DNA of 64,000 bases from Candidatus Latescibacterota bacterium (GTDB lineage Bacteria; Latescibacterota; UBA2968; UBA8231). Shown one piece after another: positions 29,753 to 40,406 of this stretch. Position numbers and translations under genes: made by a program. The notes beneath the pieces were generated by a model. It ran no database searches and was not told the DNA's origin. It saw only the letters and a program-made list of their open reading frames with translations. Each line of letters begins with the position of its first letter. Position 1 is the first letter of the stretch. The stretch lies in the NCBI GenBank assembly GCA_965206595.1, contig OZ242214.1:1344001-1408000 (forward strand). The letters are read 5' to 3'.

Positions 29753-30666
29753 CAGGCTCCGCTAACGGTTAAAGCCGGCTCCAGCGCCAGCTGCTCGAGG
29801 GCGCGGTCGACCGCGCCCCGCTGTTCGTCGCTCAGGGGCAGGGCGGGCAGCCGCGGATTCCCGCACTCGATCCCCAGCCGCCTGCCGAGCACGTGCTTGC
29901 ATATGGCGACGTAACGGCCGCCTTCGAAGAGGGAGATCAGGGCCTCGACCACATTCGAAGCCCGGGTTTGCGCCCGGCGCGCCGCCTCGAGGTCGCCGGC
30001 CTGAAATGCCTGCCAGATCGCCACCCAGAATTCGGGGGCGATGTTCGGCGGGCCGTCCACGCAGCCGACGGCTCCCGTGGTCATGGCCGGGAGCATCCAG
30101 TGGCAGGAGCCGGTGAAGGTCGCCAGCCCCATGGAGGAGAAGACGCGGATGTTGTGGAAGTTCGGCGCCGAGTGCTTGAGGCCGGTCAGCTGGGGAACCG
30201 CATCCTGCAGCTTCTTCATCAGGTCGGCGGTGATCTCGACGTTGGTGCAGGTCGGCAGGTTGTAGCAGAAGAAGGGCAGGTCCGCGGCCGCGGCCACGGC
30301 GCGGTAGTGCTCGACGATCTCCTCCTCCCTGCGGGGGTAGAAGAAAGTTGGCACGCAGCAGATCGCATCCGCCCCGGCCGCGGCGGCGTGCTCGGCCAGG
30401 GCCGCGGCCCGGCGCGTGGTGAGAGCCCCGACGTGGTGGATGTGTACGGCCCTGCCGCGGCAGACCTCGGCGGCGATTTCGGCGATGCGCCGGTTCTCCT
30501 CGTCGTCGAGCAGCACGCTCTCCCCGGTGCCGCCGGCGACCCAGAAGCCGTGAACGCCGCCGGCGATGTTGAATTCCAGGATCCGCCGCAGGCTCTCCTC
30601 GTGCAGGCTGCCGTCGGCCCGCATCGGGGTGACGAGAGCGGGAACGACCCCCTTGAACTGGTTCAT
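29752..30666 (-). CDS. N-acetylneuraminate lyase/DHDPS family aldolase
   Basis: GVVPALVTP, GGTGES, YNLP, TGLKHS, PRLPALPL. Confidence 0.88.
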   Translation of the reverse strand: MNQFKGVVPALVTPMRADGSLHEESLRRILEFNIAGGVHGFWVAGGTGESVLLDDEENRRIAEIAAEVCRGRAVHIHHVGALTTRRAAALAEHAAAAGADAICCVPTFFYPRREEEIVEHYRAVAAAADLPFFCYNLPTCTNVEITADLMKKLQDAVPQLTGLKHSAPNFHNIRVFSSMGLATFTGSCHWMLPAMTTGAVGCVDGPPNIAPEFWVAIWQAFQAGDLEAARRAQTRASNVVEALISLFEGGRYVAICKHVLGRRLGIECGNPRLPALPLSDEQRGAVDRALEQLALEPALTVSGA

Positions 30667-30831
30667 TTTCTGTTCCTTCGTAGTGAAAAGTTGGCACCGA
30701 CAAACAGGGTGTCCGATTGCGGGCCGTCAAACCTGCGTGCGCGGGGATCGCCGGCGGAACCCGCGGGCGGCGCCTCAACGTCGGCGAATGATCCGGGGAA
30801 CGATAACCATACTTCACCAGGAGAGAACGAA

Positions 30832-31305
30832 ATGGCCGCTGCAGTCGCGTACACGTCGAAAGTGGGAATAGAGAGGGTGAAGGGGCCGCTGCGGCGCGCC
30901 ACCCTGCCCGTGGAGCCGGAGCCGGTGCTGTTCGGCGTCCATTCCGAGGTCGCCGAACACTACGGGGTCGACCTCGACGTCGTCGAGCCCCACGCCACCA
31001 CCCTCGACTACGTGGTTGCCGCCGCGGCCGGGTGACTGACCGGAACCTTCGGGGGCGCGCTGGAGGCGCGCGACGTAGCGGCCGGCGAGGGCCTGCTGTG
31101 GTCCGAGGCGACCGGGGAGATCGAGAAGGAAGGGGGCGTGCTGGTCATCAAGCGGATTCACGTGAAGTACCGCCTGAAAATCGACGCGGCGAACCGCGAC
31201 AAGGCGGAGCGGGTGATGAAGGCGCACGTGGCCTACTGTCCGGTGGCGCGGTCGCTGGCCGGCAGCATCGACATCACCACCGAGCTCGAAATGCTGGACG
31301 CGTGA
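30832..31305 (+). CDS. OsmC/Ohr-family selenoprotein (UGA at 31033-31035 read as Sec)
   Basis: LDYVVAAAAG-U-LTGTFGGALEAR...AHVAYCPVARSL; the UGA sits at the first conserved Cys position and the frame stays open to TGA 31305. Confidence 0.85.
31036..31071 (+). promoter_or_regulatory. Putative bacterial SECIS element
   Basis: GCGCGC-TGGAG-GCGCGC hairpin (31055-31071); loop starts 25 nt after the UGA with G at loop position 2. Confidence 0.7.
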
Positions 31306-31306
31306 A

Positions 31307-31373
31307 GTGAAGATCGCGCTGATCGGCTACCGCGCCTCGGGGAAATCGACGTTGGGCCGCGAGCTGTCGCGGC
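31307..31373 (+). repeat. 67-bp duplicate of the aroK 5' end (other copy 32082-32148)
   Basis: GTGAAGATCGCGCTGATCGGCTACCGCGCCTCGGGGAAATCGACGTTGGGCCGCGAGCTGTCGCGGC; 3 differences from the second copy. Confidence 0.95.
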
Positions 31374-31414
31374 CGGCCGGGGCCCCTACGAGGCAGAGGC
31401 AGCCTGCCGGCACC

Positions 31415-31459
31415 TTGACGTGATTTTCGCGACATGTACAATACATCTGTACATGTACA
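31415..31459 (+). promoter_or_regulatory. Sigma70 promoter and TGTACA operator repeats of yefM-yoeB
   Basis: TTGACG-N16-TACAAT; TGTACA at 31435, 31448 and 31454, the known YefM operator hexamer. Confidence 0.75.
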
Positions 31460-31473
31460 TCGGGAGAATAAAA

Positions 31474-31764
31474 ATGACCGCCATAACGACCTATACCCAG
31501 GCCAGAGCCGAGTTCGCATCGCTCTGCGCCGAAGTTGCCTCCACGCGCGAGCCCGTGATCATACGGCGGCGCAACGCCGAGGATGTCGCGCTGGTTTCGG
31601 CCGCCGAACTGGCCAGCCTTCTCGAGACCGCTCATCTCCTGAGATCGCCCAGAAACGCCCAACGTCTTCTTGCGGCTATCGACCGCGCACAGAGCCGGGC
31701 GTTGTCTCCTTCTTCCGTGGAAGATCTCCGCAGGGAGCTCGGGCTTGTCCAAGAGGACGAGTAG
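31474..31764 (+). CDS. yefM: YefM/Phd antitoxin
   Basis: TTYTQARAEFASL..REPVIIRRR..LLETAHLLRSPRNAQRLL. Confidence 0.93.
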   Translation: MTAITTYTQARAEFASLCAEVASTREPVIIRRRNAEDVALVSAAELASLLETAHLLRSPRNAQRLLAAIDRAQSRALSPSSVEDLRRELGLVQEDE

Positions 31765-32041
31765 AGGTGCACCTTCCACCCGCGAGTGGACAGGGGTATT
31801 CCATCCCGAATTCGTCGAAGATCTGCGTTACTGGGTAAGCACCAACCGCAAGGTCAGCCTGCGCGCCTTCGACCTGATACAGGCCGTGCTCGGCGACCCA
31901 TTCTCAGGCATCGGCAAACCGGAACCCCTCAAATACCTCCCGTCCGGAACCTGGTCGCGGCGTCTTACGGAAGAGCATCGCCTGGTGTACATGGCAAGCG
32001 AAGGGCGAATAGATTTCCTGCAGGCACGCTACCACTATTGA
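31745..32041 (+). CDS. yoeB: YoeB/Txe toxin
   Basis: EDLRYW..DPFSGIGKPEPLKY..WSRRLTEEHRLVY..QARYHY; start uncertain. Confidence 0.93.
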   Translation: MSKRTSRGAPSTREWTGVFHPEFVEDLRYWVSTNRKVSLRAFDLIQAVLGDPFSGIGKPEPLKYLPSGTWSRRLTEEHRLVYMASEGRIDFLQARYHY

Positions 32042-32081
32042 GGGATCGTATGGGACGGCCGCGAACGAAGAGGTCCGTGCG

Positions 32082-32606
32082 ATGAAGATCGCCCTGATCG
32101 GCTACCGCGCCTCGGGGAAATCGACGCTGGGCCGCGAGCTGTCGCGGCGGCTCGGGTGGCCGCTGCTCGACATCGACCGCGGCATCGAGGCACGCTTTCC
32201 CGGAGAGACCCTGTCCGGGCTGTGGCTGCGGCTAGGGGACGGCCGCTTCCGCGAGATAGAGGCGGAGGTCGTCGAGGAGATGTGCGCCGGCGACGAGTGC
32301 GTGATCTCGTTCGGCGCCGGCACGCTCGGCAAGCCGGAAAACCGCCGGCACGCCTGCGGCGACGCCCTCGTCGTCTACCTGGAGCTGAGCGCCGAGGGGT
32401 TGTGGGAACGGATGCAGGCGGATCCCAGGAGCGCCTCGACGCGGCCGAACCTGGCCGGTGGGGGCTTTCAGGAGGTGGAGGAGCTTCTTGCCGAGCGCGA
32501 CCCGGTCTACCGCGAGTGCGCCGGTCTGATAGTGGATGCGACGCTGCCGACGCAAAGGCTCGCCGAAATCGTCATGACGGCGTACCGCCAACGCAGAAGG
32601 GAATAG
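32082..32606 (+). CDS. aroK: Shikimate kinase
   Basis: LIGYRASGKSTLG P-loop, FREIE, STRPNL, ERDPVYRE. Confidence 0.88.
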   Translation: MKIALIGYRASGKSTLGRELSRRLGWPLLDIDRGIEARFPGETLSGLWLRLGDGRFREIEAEVVEEMCAGDECVISFGAGTLGKPENRRHACGDALVVYLELSAEGLWERMQADPRSASTRPNLAGGGFQEVEELLAERDPVYRECAGLIVDATLPTQRLAEIVMTAYRQRRRE

Positions 32607-32626
32607 CCCCTGGCAGACCTGATAAT

Positions 32627-32678
32627 TGACTGACCGGTCAGTCAGTCGTTCGTTATGTTTTGACTGACCAGTCAGTCA
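32627..32678. promoter_or_regulatory. Two 18-bp palindromic TetR-type operators
   Basis: TGACTGACCGGTCAGTCA (32627-32644, perfect) and TGACTGACCAGTCAGTCA (32661-32678) upstream of the RND operon. Confidence 0.75.
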
Positions 32679-32742
32679 TTCGTGGGAGCAAACAGCAGAA
32701 GGTATCGACAGGGAGCATCTCTGAGAATGTGCCAGGCCAGTC

Positions 32743-33930
32743 ATGAAGATTGAGGGCGCCGGCCGCGTGCCGGCTCTGTTCGGGCTGGGTTGCGTCTGCC
32801 TGACGCTTGCCGCCTGCGGCGTCGAAGAAGCGAACCGGGGCGCACGCGGCGGCCAGAGGCAGGATGCCCGACCCGGAGGTGGGGGGCGCGGCCCAGGCGG
32901 CGGGCGTCCCCCCGCAGCGGCTATCCCGGTAAAAGCGGAGCCTGTGGTCAGGCAAGACCTGCTCGCCTACCTGGAGACGTACTCCAGACTGGAGGCGGAG
33001 CGGCAGGTCACCGTCCTGGCGCGCACCACCGGCCTCGTCCAGCGGGTCCACGTAGAGGAAGGGGATCGGGTCAACGCCGGACAGGTCCTGGTGGAGCTCG
33101 ACCAGGAGGAGGCGAGCCTGCGGCTGCGGCAGGCCCGGGCGGAGCACGCTGAAGCGAAAGCGAACTTCGAACGCTACAAGGTTCTGCACACGGAAAACAT
33201 GGTGAGCCAGGCCGAGTTCGAGGGCACGCGACTGCGCTGCGAGAACAGCGAGATCGGCCTGGAAGAAGCCGAGATCGGTTTCGCCCACACGACCATCCGC
33301 GCCCCGATGGGGGGTGTCATCACCCAGCGGATGGTGGAACTCGGTGACCTCGTGCGCGGCAACCAGGAGATCTACGTGGTCGCCGACCTCGACGTTCTGC
33401 TCGTGCGCATCTTCATCCCTGAGCGGCGCATGTACCAGGTCCGTCCCGGGCAGGAGGCCACGCTAGGCGTGGAAGCTCTGCCCGAGCAGACCTTTGACGC
33501 GCGTATTCGCCGGATCAGTCCCGAAGTGACCGCCGCAAGCGGCACCGTCAAAGTGACCCTGGAGGTGCCGGCAAGCGGCCTGCTCAAACCCGGTATGTTC
33601 GCCACCGTCCGACTCATCACCGAGCGCCACCCGCAGACTCTCGTTATCCCGAAGAAGGCCCTCGTTCTGGAGACGGAAGAGGACGATGTCTTTGCCATCG
33701 TCGATGGCAAGGTGCGGCAGGTCCCGGTCGAGCTGGGTTTGATCGAGGGTGACCGCGTCGAAGCGCTGTCAGGTGTCGCCGAGGGCGACCTGCTGATCAC
33801 CGTCGGTCACGACGGCCTCAAGGAGGGTATCGAGGTGCGCGTCGTCGGGTTGGAGACGGCGATTGTGGCGGCTGCGGACAGCGCCAGCGGCGCAGACCAG
33901 CGGCGCGCCGGGCCCGGGCGGACCCCGTGA
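32743..33930 (+). CDS. RND efflux membrane fusion protein (lipoprotein)
   Basis: LAAC lipobox, VEEGDRVNAGQVL, TIRAPMGGVI, LKPGMFA. Confidence 0.92.
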   Translation: MKIEGAGRVPALFGLGCVCLTLAACGVEEANRGARGGQRQDARPGGGGRGPGGGRPPAAAIPVKAEPVVRQDLLAYLETYSRLEAERQVTVLARTTGLVQRVHVEEGDRVNAGQVLVELDQEEASLRLRQARAEHAEAKANFERYKVLHTENMVSQAEFEGTRLRCENSEIGLEEAEIGFAHTTIRAPMGGVITQRMVELGDLVRGNQEIYVVADLDVLLVRIFIPERRMYQVRPGQEATLGVEALPEQTFDARIRRISPEVTAASGTVKVTLEVPASGLLKPGMFATVRLITERHPQTLVIPKKALVLETEEDDVFAIVDGKVRQVPVELGLIEGDRVEALSGVAEGDLLITVGHDGLKEGIEVRVVGLETAIVAAADSASGADQRRAGPGRTP

Positions 33931-36900
33931 AACTCGTCGAGTTCTCCACCACCCGCCGGGTCACGGTCGCCATGCTCATGGTGGCTACCGTAGCCTTCGG
34001 CGCGGTCGGATTCTCGCGTCTGGCGGTCAACCTGCTGCCCGACATCACCTACCCGACGATCACCGTGCGCACCGAGTACCCGGGTGTAGCCCCGCAGGAG
34101 ATCGAGCGCCTGATCTCGGAGCCGGTAGAGGCGCTGGTGAGCGTCGTGAGCAACGTCGTCAAAGTCTCCTCCATATCGCGCGCCGGGGTGTCCGATGTCG
34201 TCGTAGAGTTCGGCTGGGGCACCAACATGGACTTCGCCTCTCTCGACGTGCGCGAGAAGCTCGACCTGGGCAACCTGCCGCGCGACGCCGGCAAGCCGAT
34301 CCTCATGCGCTTCGACCCCGGCCTCGACCCGATCATGCGCGTGGCCTTCTACGGCAACATCCACCTGATGGAACTGCGGCGAATCGCCGAGGAGTACCTG
34401 CGACCGGAGCTGGAGAGTCTCGAGGGTGTCGCCGCGGTGCGTATCGAAGGGGGCCTCGAGGAAGAGATACAGGTCGAAGTCAACACGTCGCGCCTGGACC
34501 ACCTGGGGATCTCCGTCAGTGACGTGACCAGCCGGCTCAGCGCGGAGAACGTCAACCTCACGGGCGGCGTGCTCAAGGATGGCGAAGCGGAGTTCCTGGT
34601 GCGTACGCTGAACGAGTTCGAGACCCTCGATGACATCGGCGAGATCATCGTCGGCCAGATCGGCCGCGCGCCCATCAAGCTCAGCGACGTGGGGCGGGTG
34701 TTCAGAGGGCACCGCGACCGCGACCTGGTCACGCGCATCAACGGTCGCGAGTGCGTGGAGGTCGCCGTCTTCAAGGAAGGGGACGCCAACACCGTCAAGG
34801 TCAGCAAGGCGCTCGAGGGCCGCCTGGACGCGTTTATCGAGGAGAACGACCGGCTGCTGCGTGACGGCGGCGGTATGGATGTCGTATTCGACCAGGCCAC
34901 CTTCATCCAGCAGGCGGTGGACGAAGTGCTGAAGACGGCCCTGATCGGCGGCGTTCTGGCGGTGCTGATCCTTTTTCTCTTCCTGCGCAACCTGAAGAGT
35001 ACGCTCATCATCGGCCTGTCGATCCCGCTGTCTGTGATCGCCACGTTCTTCCTCATGTTCGCTTCCGATATCAGCCTCAATATCATGTCCCTGGGCGGCC
35101 TGGCGCTCGGGGTCGGCATGCTGGTGGACAACTCGATTGTCGTCCTGGAGAGCGTGCAGCGCTACCGCGACCGGGGAATGGGGGCGCTGGCGTCGGCGCA
35201 GCGCGGCGCCGGAGAAGTCGGGCGCGCCGTCATAGCGGCGACGACAACCACGATATGCGTGTTCCTGCCGATTGTGTTTGTCGAGGGGATCGGCGGTCAA
35301 CTTTTCCGCGATCAGGCGCTGACCGTGACCTACTCGCTGCTGGCTTCTCTCGTCGTCGCCCTGATGCTCATTCCGATGCTGTCGTCGCTGAGTCTCACCG
35401 ACATGCTCGAATCGACGTCCGCGTCAGGCCCTTCCCGAAGCGTGACCGGCCCCGCGCTACTCGTGCGCGGCGCGCGCGCAGGGGCGGCGGCGGTCGGGAG
35501 GTTGGGCGCGCTCCCGCTGTGGCCTGCCCACTGGTGCTTCGACGCCGTGTTCGGAACGCTGCAGCGCGCTTATCCGCTGCTGTTGCGATGGTCGTTGCGG
35601 CACCGCCTGGCGGTGCTCGCCGCCGCCCTCGCGCTTACGCTGGGAATCGTGTATCAGGCCCGGGATCTCGGGGTAGAGCTGATCCCGGAGATGAGTCAGG
35701 GGGAATTTCTCCTCGACCTGGAGTGGACACCCGGTACACCCCTCGAGCAGACGGCCACACGAGTGGCCGCGATCGACGGACTGGTGCGGGACCTCCCAGG
35801 CGTCGCCTCGGTGTTCGCCCTCGTCGGCGCCGGCGGCCAGACTGGCGGCACTGCGGGAGAGCAGAAAGAGCACACCGCGCATCTGCACGTGCGGCTCGTG
35901 CCGGGAGTGGCGGAGGAGGCGGTGATCGAACAGGTGCGCGCCTTCCTCGTGGACGCCCCCGATCTCGAGCACCGGTTCTCGCGTCCTTCGTACTTCTCCT
36001 TTCGCACGCCGATAGAGGTCGAGGTGGCCGGCTACAGTTTGCCGACGCTGCGGCTGCTGGCCGCCGACATCGCCGCCCGCCTCGAGCGCATCGAAGGGCT
36101 GACCGACATCCGTTCGAGCGCCACCGGTGGACAGCCGGAGATCCGCATCTCCCTGCACCGGCAGCGCATCGCCGAGCTGGGCACCACCGCCCAGCGCATC
36201 GGCGACCTGCTGCGCAACAAACTGCAGGGTGAAGTGGCCACCGAGCTGGCCCGCCGCGACCGCAAGATCGACATCCGCGTCCGCGCCCTGGGCAAACAGC
36301 GCGAGACCCTCGACGACCTCCAACGCATGGTCGTCAGCCCGAACACCAGTCCCGTACCGGTGCCGCTGTCAGCGGTGGCCAGCGTCCAGGCGGTGGACGG
36401 CCCGGCCGAGATCCGGCGCATCGATCAGGAGCGGGTGGCGGTGGTGTCGGCCAACCTGCGGGGAAGGGACCTCGGCGGTGTGGTGGAGGAGATCGAGCGT
36501 GCCCTCGGGGACGTGCCCCTGCCGGAGGGTTTCGCCGTCACCATGGGCGGCCAGAACGAAGAGATGGTGCGCTCTTTCGACAGCATGAAATTCGCCCTCG
36601 CTCTCGCTGTATTCCTCGTGTACCTGGTCATGGCGTCCCAGTTCGAGTCCCTGCTGCACCCGCTGGTGATCATGTTCACCATCCCCTTCGGGCTGGCGGG
36701 CAGTGCCGCCGCCCTCGTGGTCACCGGCACGACGATCAGCGTGGTCGTGTTGATCGGACTCATCATGCTTGCCGGGATTGTCGTCAACAACGCCATCGTG
36801 CTGGTGGACTATATCAATCACCTGCGCCGCAACGAGGGGCTCGACAAGCTGGCGGCAGTGGTGCGCGCCGGGGAACTGCGCTTCCGGCCGATTCTGATGA

Positions 36901-37070
36901 CCACGTCGACCACGGTGCTGGGCCTGCTGCCCATGGCCGTCGGCCTGGGTGAAGGAGCCGAGGTGCGCGCTCCCATGGCGATCACCGTAATCGGCGGCCT
37001 CCTCATCTCTTCCGCACTGACGCTCGTGCTGATCCCGGTTGTGTACGCGAGCCTGGATCGAGGCAGATGA
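33927..37070 (+). CDS. RND efflux permease
   Basis: 1047 aa; GMLVDNSIVVLE, GIVVNNAIVLVD, RFRPILMT. Confidence 0.95.
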   Translation: MKLVEFSTTRRVTVAMLMVATVAFGAVGFSRLAVNLLPDITYPTITVRTEYPGVAPQEIERLISEPVEALVSVVSNVVKVSSISRAGVSDVVVEFGWGTNMDFASLDVREKLDLGNLPRDAGKPILMRFDPGLDPIMRVAFYGNIHLMELRRIAEEYLRPELESLEGVAAVRIEGGLEEEIQVEVNTSRLDHLGISVSDVTSRLSAENVNLTGGVLKDGEAEFLVRTLNEFETLDDIGEIIVGQIGRAPIKLSDVGRVFRGHRDRDLVTRINGRECVEVAVFKEGDANTVKVSKALEGRLDAFIEENDRLLRDGGGMDVVFDQATFIQQAVDEVLKTALIGGVLAVLILFLFLRNLKSTLIIGLSIPLSVIATFFLMFASDISLNIMSLGGLALGVGMLVDNSIVVLESVQRYRDRGMGALASAQRGAGEVGRAVIAATTTTICVFLPIVFVEGIGGQLFRDQALTVTYSLLASLVVALMLIPMLSSLSLTDMLESTSASGPSRSVTGPALLVRGARAGAAAVGRLGALPLWPAHWCFDAVFGTLQRAYPLLLRWSLRHRLAVLAAALALTLGIVYQARDLGVELIPEMSQGEFLLDLEWTPGTPLEQTATRVAAIDGLVRDLPGVASVFALVGAGGQTGGTAGEQKEHTAHLHVRLVPGVAEEAVIEQVRAFLVDAPDLEHRFSRPSYFSFRTPIEVEVAGYSLPTLRLLAADIAARLERIEGLTDIRSSATGGQPEIRISLHRQRIAELGTTAQRIGDLLRNKLQGEVATELARRDRKIDIRVRALGKQRETLDDLQRMVVSPNTSPVPVPLSAVASVQAVDGPAEIRRIDQERVAVVSANLRGRDLGGVVEEIERALGDVPLPEGFAVTMGGQNEEMVRSFDSMKFALALAVFLVYLVMASQFESLLHPLVIMFTIPFGLAGSAAALVVTGTTISVVVLIGLIMLAGIVVNNAIVLVDYINHLRRNEGLDKLAAVVRAGELRFRPILMTTSTTVLGLLPMAVGLGEGAEVRAPMAITVIGGLLISSALTLVLIPVVYASLDRGR

Positions 37071-37089
37071 CGGTGACGAGGAGAACACG

Positions 37090-40000
37090 ATGCAGCTGAC
37101 CGAGTTCTCCCTGCGGCGGCCGGTGACGATGGTGATGATTACCGTCTCGGCTGTCGTCCTCGGGTTGGTGGCCCTTACCCGGCTGCCGGTCGAGCAGCTT
37201 CCGAGCGTCTCCTCCTCGGGCATCACGGCGATGGTGACCTACAACAGCTCGTCGCCGGAGGAGATCGAACGGAAAGTGACGATCCCGCTGGAAGCGGCGC
37301 TGGGGACGCTCAGCAACATCGAGCGCATGAGCGCGTCGTCGGGGCGCAACTCGGGATCGGTGCGCGTCGACTTCAAGGCGGGCACCGACATGGACCTGGC
37401 AACCATGCAGATGCGCGAGCGCGTCGACCAGGCGCGCGCCTTCATGCCGGCCGACGTGGACCGCGTCCGCCTGCGCCGCTGGCAGAGCGACCAGCGCCCG
37501 ATCGTCTACGCCAACCTGGCGTGGCGCGGCGACGGCGATCGCCTGCTGGACGTCATCACCAAGGTCATCGAGCCCCGCCTTCTGCGCCTCAACGGCGTCG
37601 CCAACGTCGTCATCGACGATTTCGAAGCAAAGCAGCTGTTCGTGGAGCTCGACCGTGAACGGCTGCAGTCCCACGGAATTTCCCTGGCCCGGCTGGGACG
37701 GCAGCTGCGCGAGAACAACGTCAACGTGTCCGTGGGCAGGGTCCTGGATGGCGGGCAGCGTTACCAGGTGCGTCTGGTGAGCGAGTTCCAGGAAGCGGAG
37801 GCGATCGCAGATCTGCCGCTGATGGGGGGCAGGTTCCGCTTGCGGGACATAGGCGAGGTCGACTACGGGTTCCCCGAGAAAACCCGCTACGAGCGCCTCG
37901 ACGGCGCCGAAGCGCTGCAGCTGGAGATCTTCAAGGCGTCGACAGCCAACGTCGTGGACGTCGGCAGGAGAGTGGCCGACGAGCTCCGGCGTCTCGAGGC
38001 GGAGTACGCGGGCAAACTCGACCTGGCCATCGTGCGCAATCGCGCCGACTCGGTGCTGCGGGAGGCGGGAACGCTGGTGGATACCGCCCTGCTGGGGGCG
38101 CTGCTGGCGATGTGCATCATCTATGTCTTCCTGCGCAACATCCGCTCCACTCTCGTTGTCGGCATGGCGATTCCGACGTCGGCCTTGTGTGTGTTCATCG
38201 GTATGTACGTGGCGCGCGAGGTCTTCGAGTCGACCATTACCCTGAACATGGTCTCGATGATGGGTCTCATGCTGGCGGTCGGCATGCTGGTCGATCCGGC
38301 GGTAGTGGTCCTGGAGAGCATCTTCCGCCACCGCCAGGAGGAGAAGCGGACGGCGGATGACGCAGCCCTCGTCGGCGGTCGCGAGGTGGGTATGGCGGTG
38401 CTCGCCGCGGCGCTGACCACAACGTGCGTGTTCGTGCCTTTCTTCTTCCTTTCCGACAGCCGTTCGGCGACCTGGATGCGAGACGCCGGCCTGGCCATCT
38501 GCCTGGCCGTCATCGTCTCGATGATCGTCTCCCTCACCTTGTTGCCGCTGGCGGCCTCGCGGTTGTTCCGGGATGGTATGGAGCGCTACGACCGCTACAT
38601 CAAGCTGGCCGTACTGGCGGCAATCGCGGGCGCGGTGTGGCTCAAGATGCGGGAAGCGGGATACGAAGCGCTTCTGACCTGGTGGACGCGCTGGCTCAGT
38701 CTCCTCGGCGCCTCGATCGCCGGCATGGAGGGGACCTCGGTTGCCGCGCTGGCGCTCGCCGCCGTGGCGCTGGGGTCCGCTGCGGTCTTCGTCGCGCGCC
38801 ACGGTCTGCGCTCTTCCTACGGCAGGCTGCTGGGCTGGACCCTCGACCATCGCTGGATCGTCCTCGCCGCCGCCCTGGTACTGACGGGGACCGGGTACTA
38901 CCTCTACGAGAACATCGAACACCGCGGCACGCCGTGGCAGCCCGAGCGGCGCGTCGACATCTCGGTGACCATCGACCGCAGTTACAGCCTCGAGGAGGTC
39001 GCGGCGCATTTCACCGAAATCGAGCGGCGTTTGCTGGCGAAAAAAGCCGACCTCGACATGGAGTCCCTGACGACGCGGTCGGCCAGCGCCGAGGCAGAAT
39101 CCGCGCCTATCTCGTCGACGCCGACGACGGGCGCCTGACGACGGCGGAGGCGGGCAAGGCGGTACAGGCGCTGCTGCCCGAGAAGGTGGGGTACACCTAC
39201 AAGATGGGCCGCACCCGCAGCTGGCTCGGCAACACCCTGGGTGTCGAGGTGCAGCTGCACGGACGCGACCCGGAAGTGCTCGCAGTGCTGATCGAGGAAC
39301 TTGCGGTCAAGCTGGGGCAGATGCCCGGGGTGCTGGATGTCGACACCAGCCTCGAAGATGGGACGGAGGAGGTTCACGTCAGAGTAAACCGGGCGCAGGC
39401 CCTCAACTACGGCCTCTCTCCCAGGGAAGTGGCCTCGGGCATTTCTGCCGCCCTGGGGACCAGACGCACGAGCGGGTTCAAGTCGGAGAATCGAGAGATC
39501 GATATCGTCATGCAGCTGAACGAGGGAGACCGCGCCACCCTCGACCAGTTGCGCAACAGCACCTTTGACGGGCGCGACAGCACCTCGATACAGCTCGCCG
39601 CCCTGGCGGACTTTGAGATTCGCAGGGGGCCGCGCGATCTGAGCCGGGCAGACCGGCAGCTCAACGTCACGGTGTTTGCCAACACCAAAGACCGCAACCA
39701 GGCCAGGGAGCTGACCGAGCCGATCCGGGAGATGATGGAGTCGATGGACCTGCCCCCGGGCTATTCGTGGGATCTGGGAAGGGCCTCCCGTTGGGAGCAG
39801 GAAGATGCCAGGGACAGCGACTTCACCGCCATCTTCGCCGTACTGCTCATCTACCTGATCATGGCTTCGCTGTTCGAGTCGCTGGCCCATCCCTTCACCA
39901 TCATGCTGGCGATCCCGTTCTCGCTGATCGGCGTCGCCCTGGGACTTTCAGCGCTCGGAGTTTCGTTCGACAACAACGGCGCTCTCGGCCTGCTGATCCT

Positions 40001-40406
40001 CTTCGGAATCGTCGTCAACAACGGCATTGTCCTCATCGCCCACGTCAATCACCTGCGCGCCGGAGGCCTGTCGCGACGGCAGGCGATCCTGCTCGGCGGA
40101 CAGCACCGGCTGCGGCCCATTCTGATGACCGCCAGCACGACGATCCTCAACCTGATGCCGATCGTGCTGCCGATGGCGTACGGGACCGCGGAGGGTTTTT
40201 CCAAGCGCTGGGGCCCCACCGGCCTCGTGGTCGTCAGCGGGCTGGCATCGTCGACGCTGCTGACCCTCGTGCTCGCACCGACGCTTTACAGTCTGCTGGA
40301 CGATCTCGCGACCTGGTTGAGGAAGGTTATGAAGGTGTCGTACCTGCCCGCAGGCGTGGCGGTGGGAGACAGCGCCGCGAAAGGGGCTCACCGTGCAACA
40401 GAGTGA
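37090..40406 (+). pseudogene. Second RND efflux permease, single frameshift near 39079
   Basis: GMLVDPAVVVLE in the first frame, GIVVNNGIVL/RLRPILMT in the second; one missing base at ACG CGG TC GGC. May be an assembly error. Confidence 0.85.
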
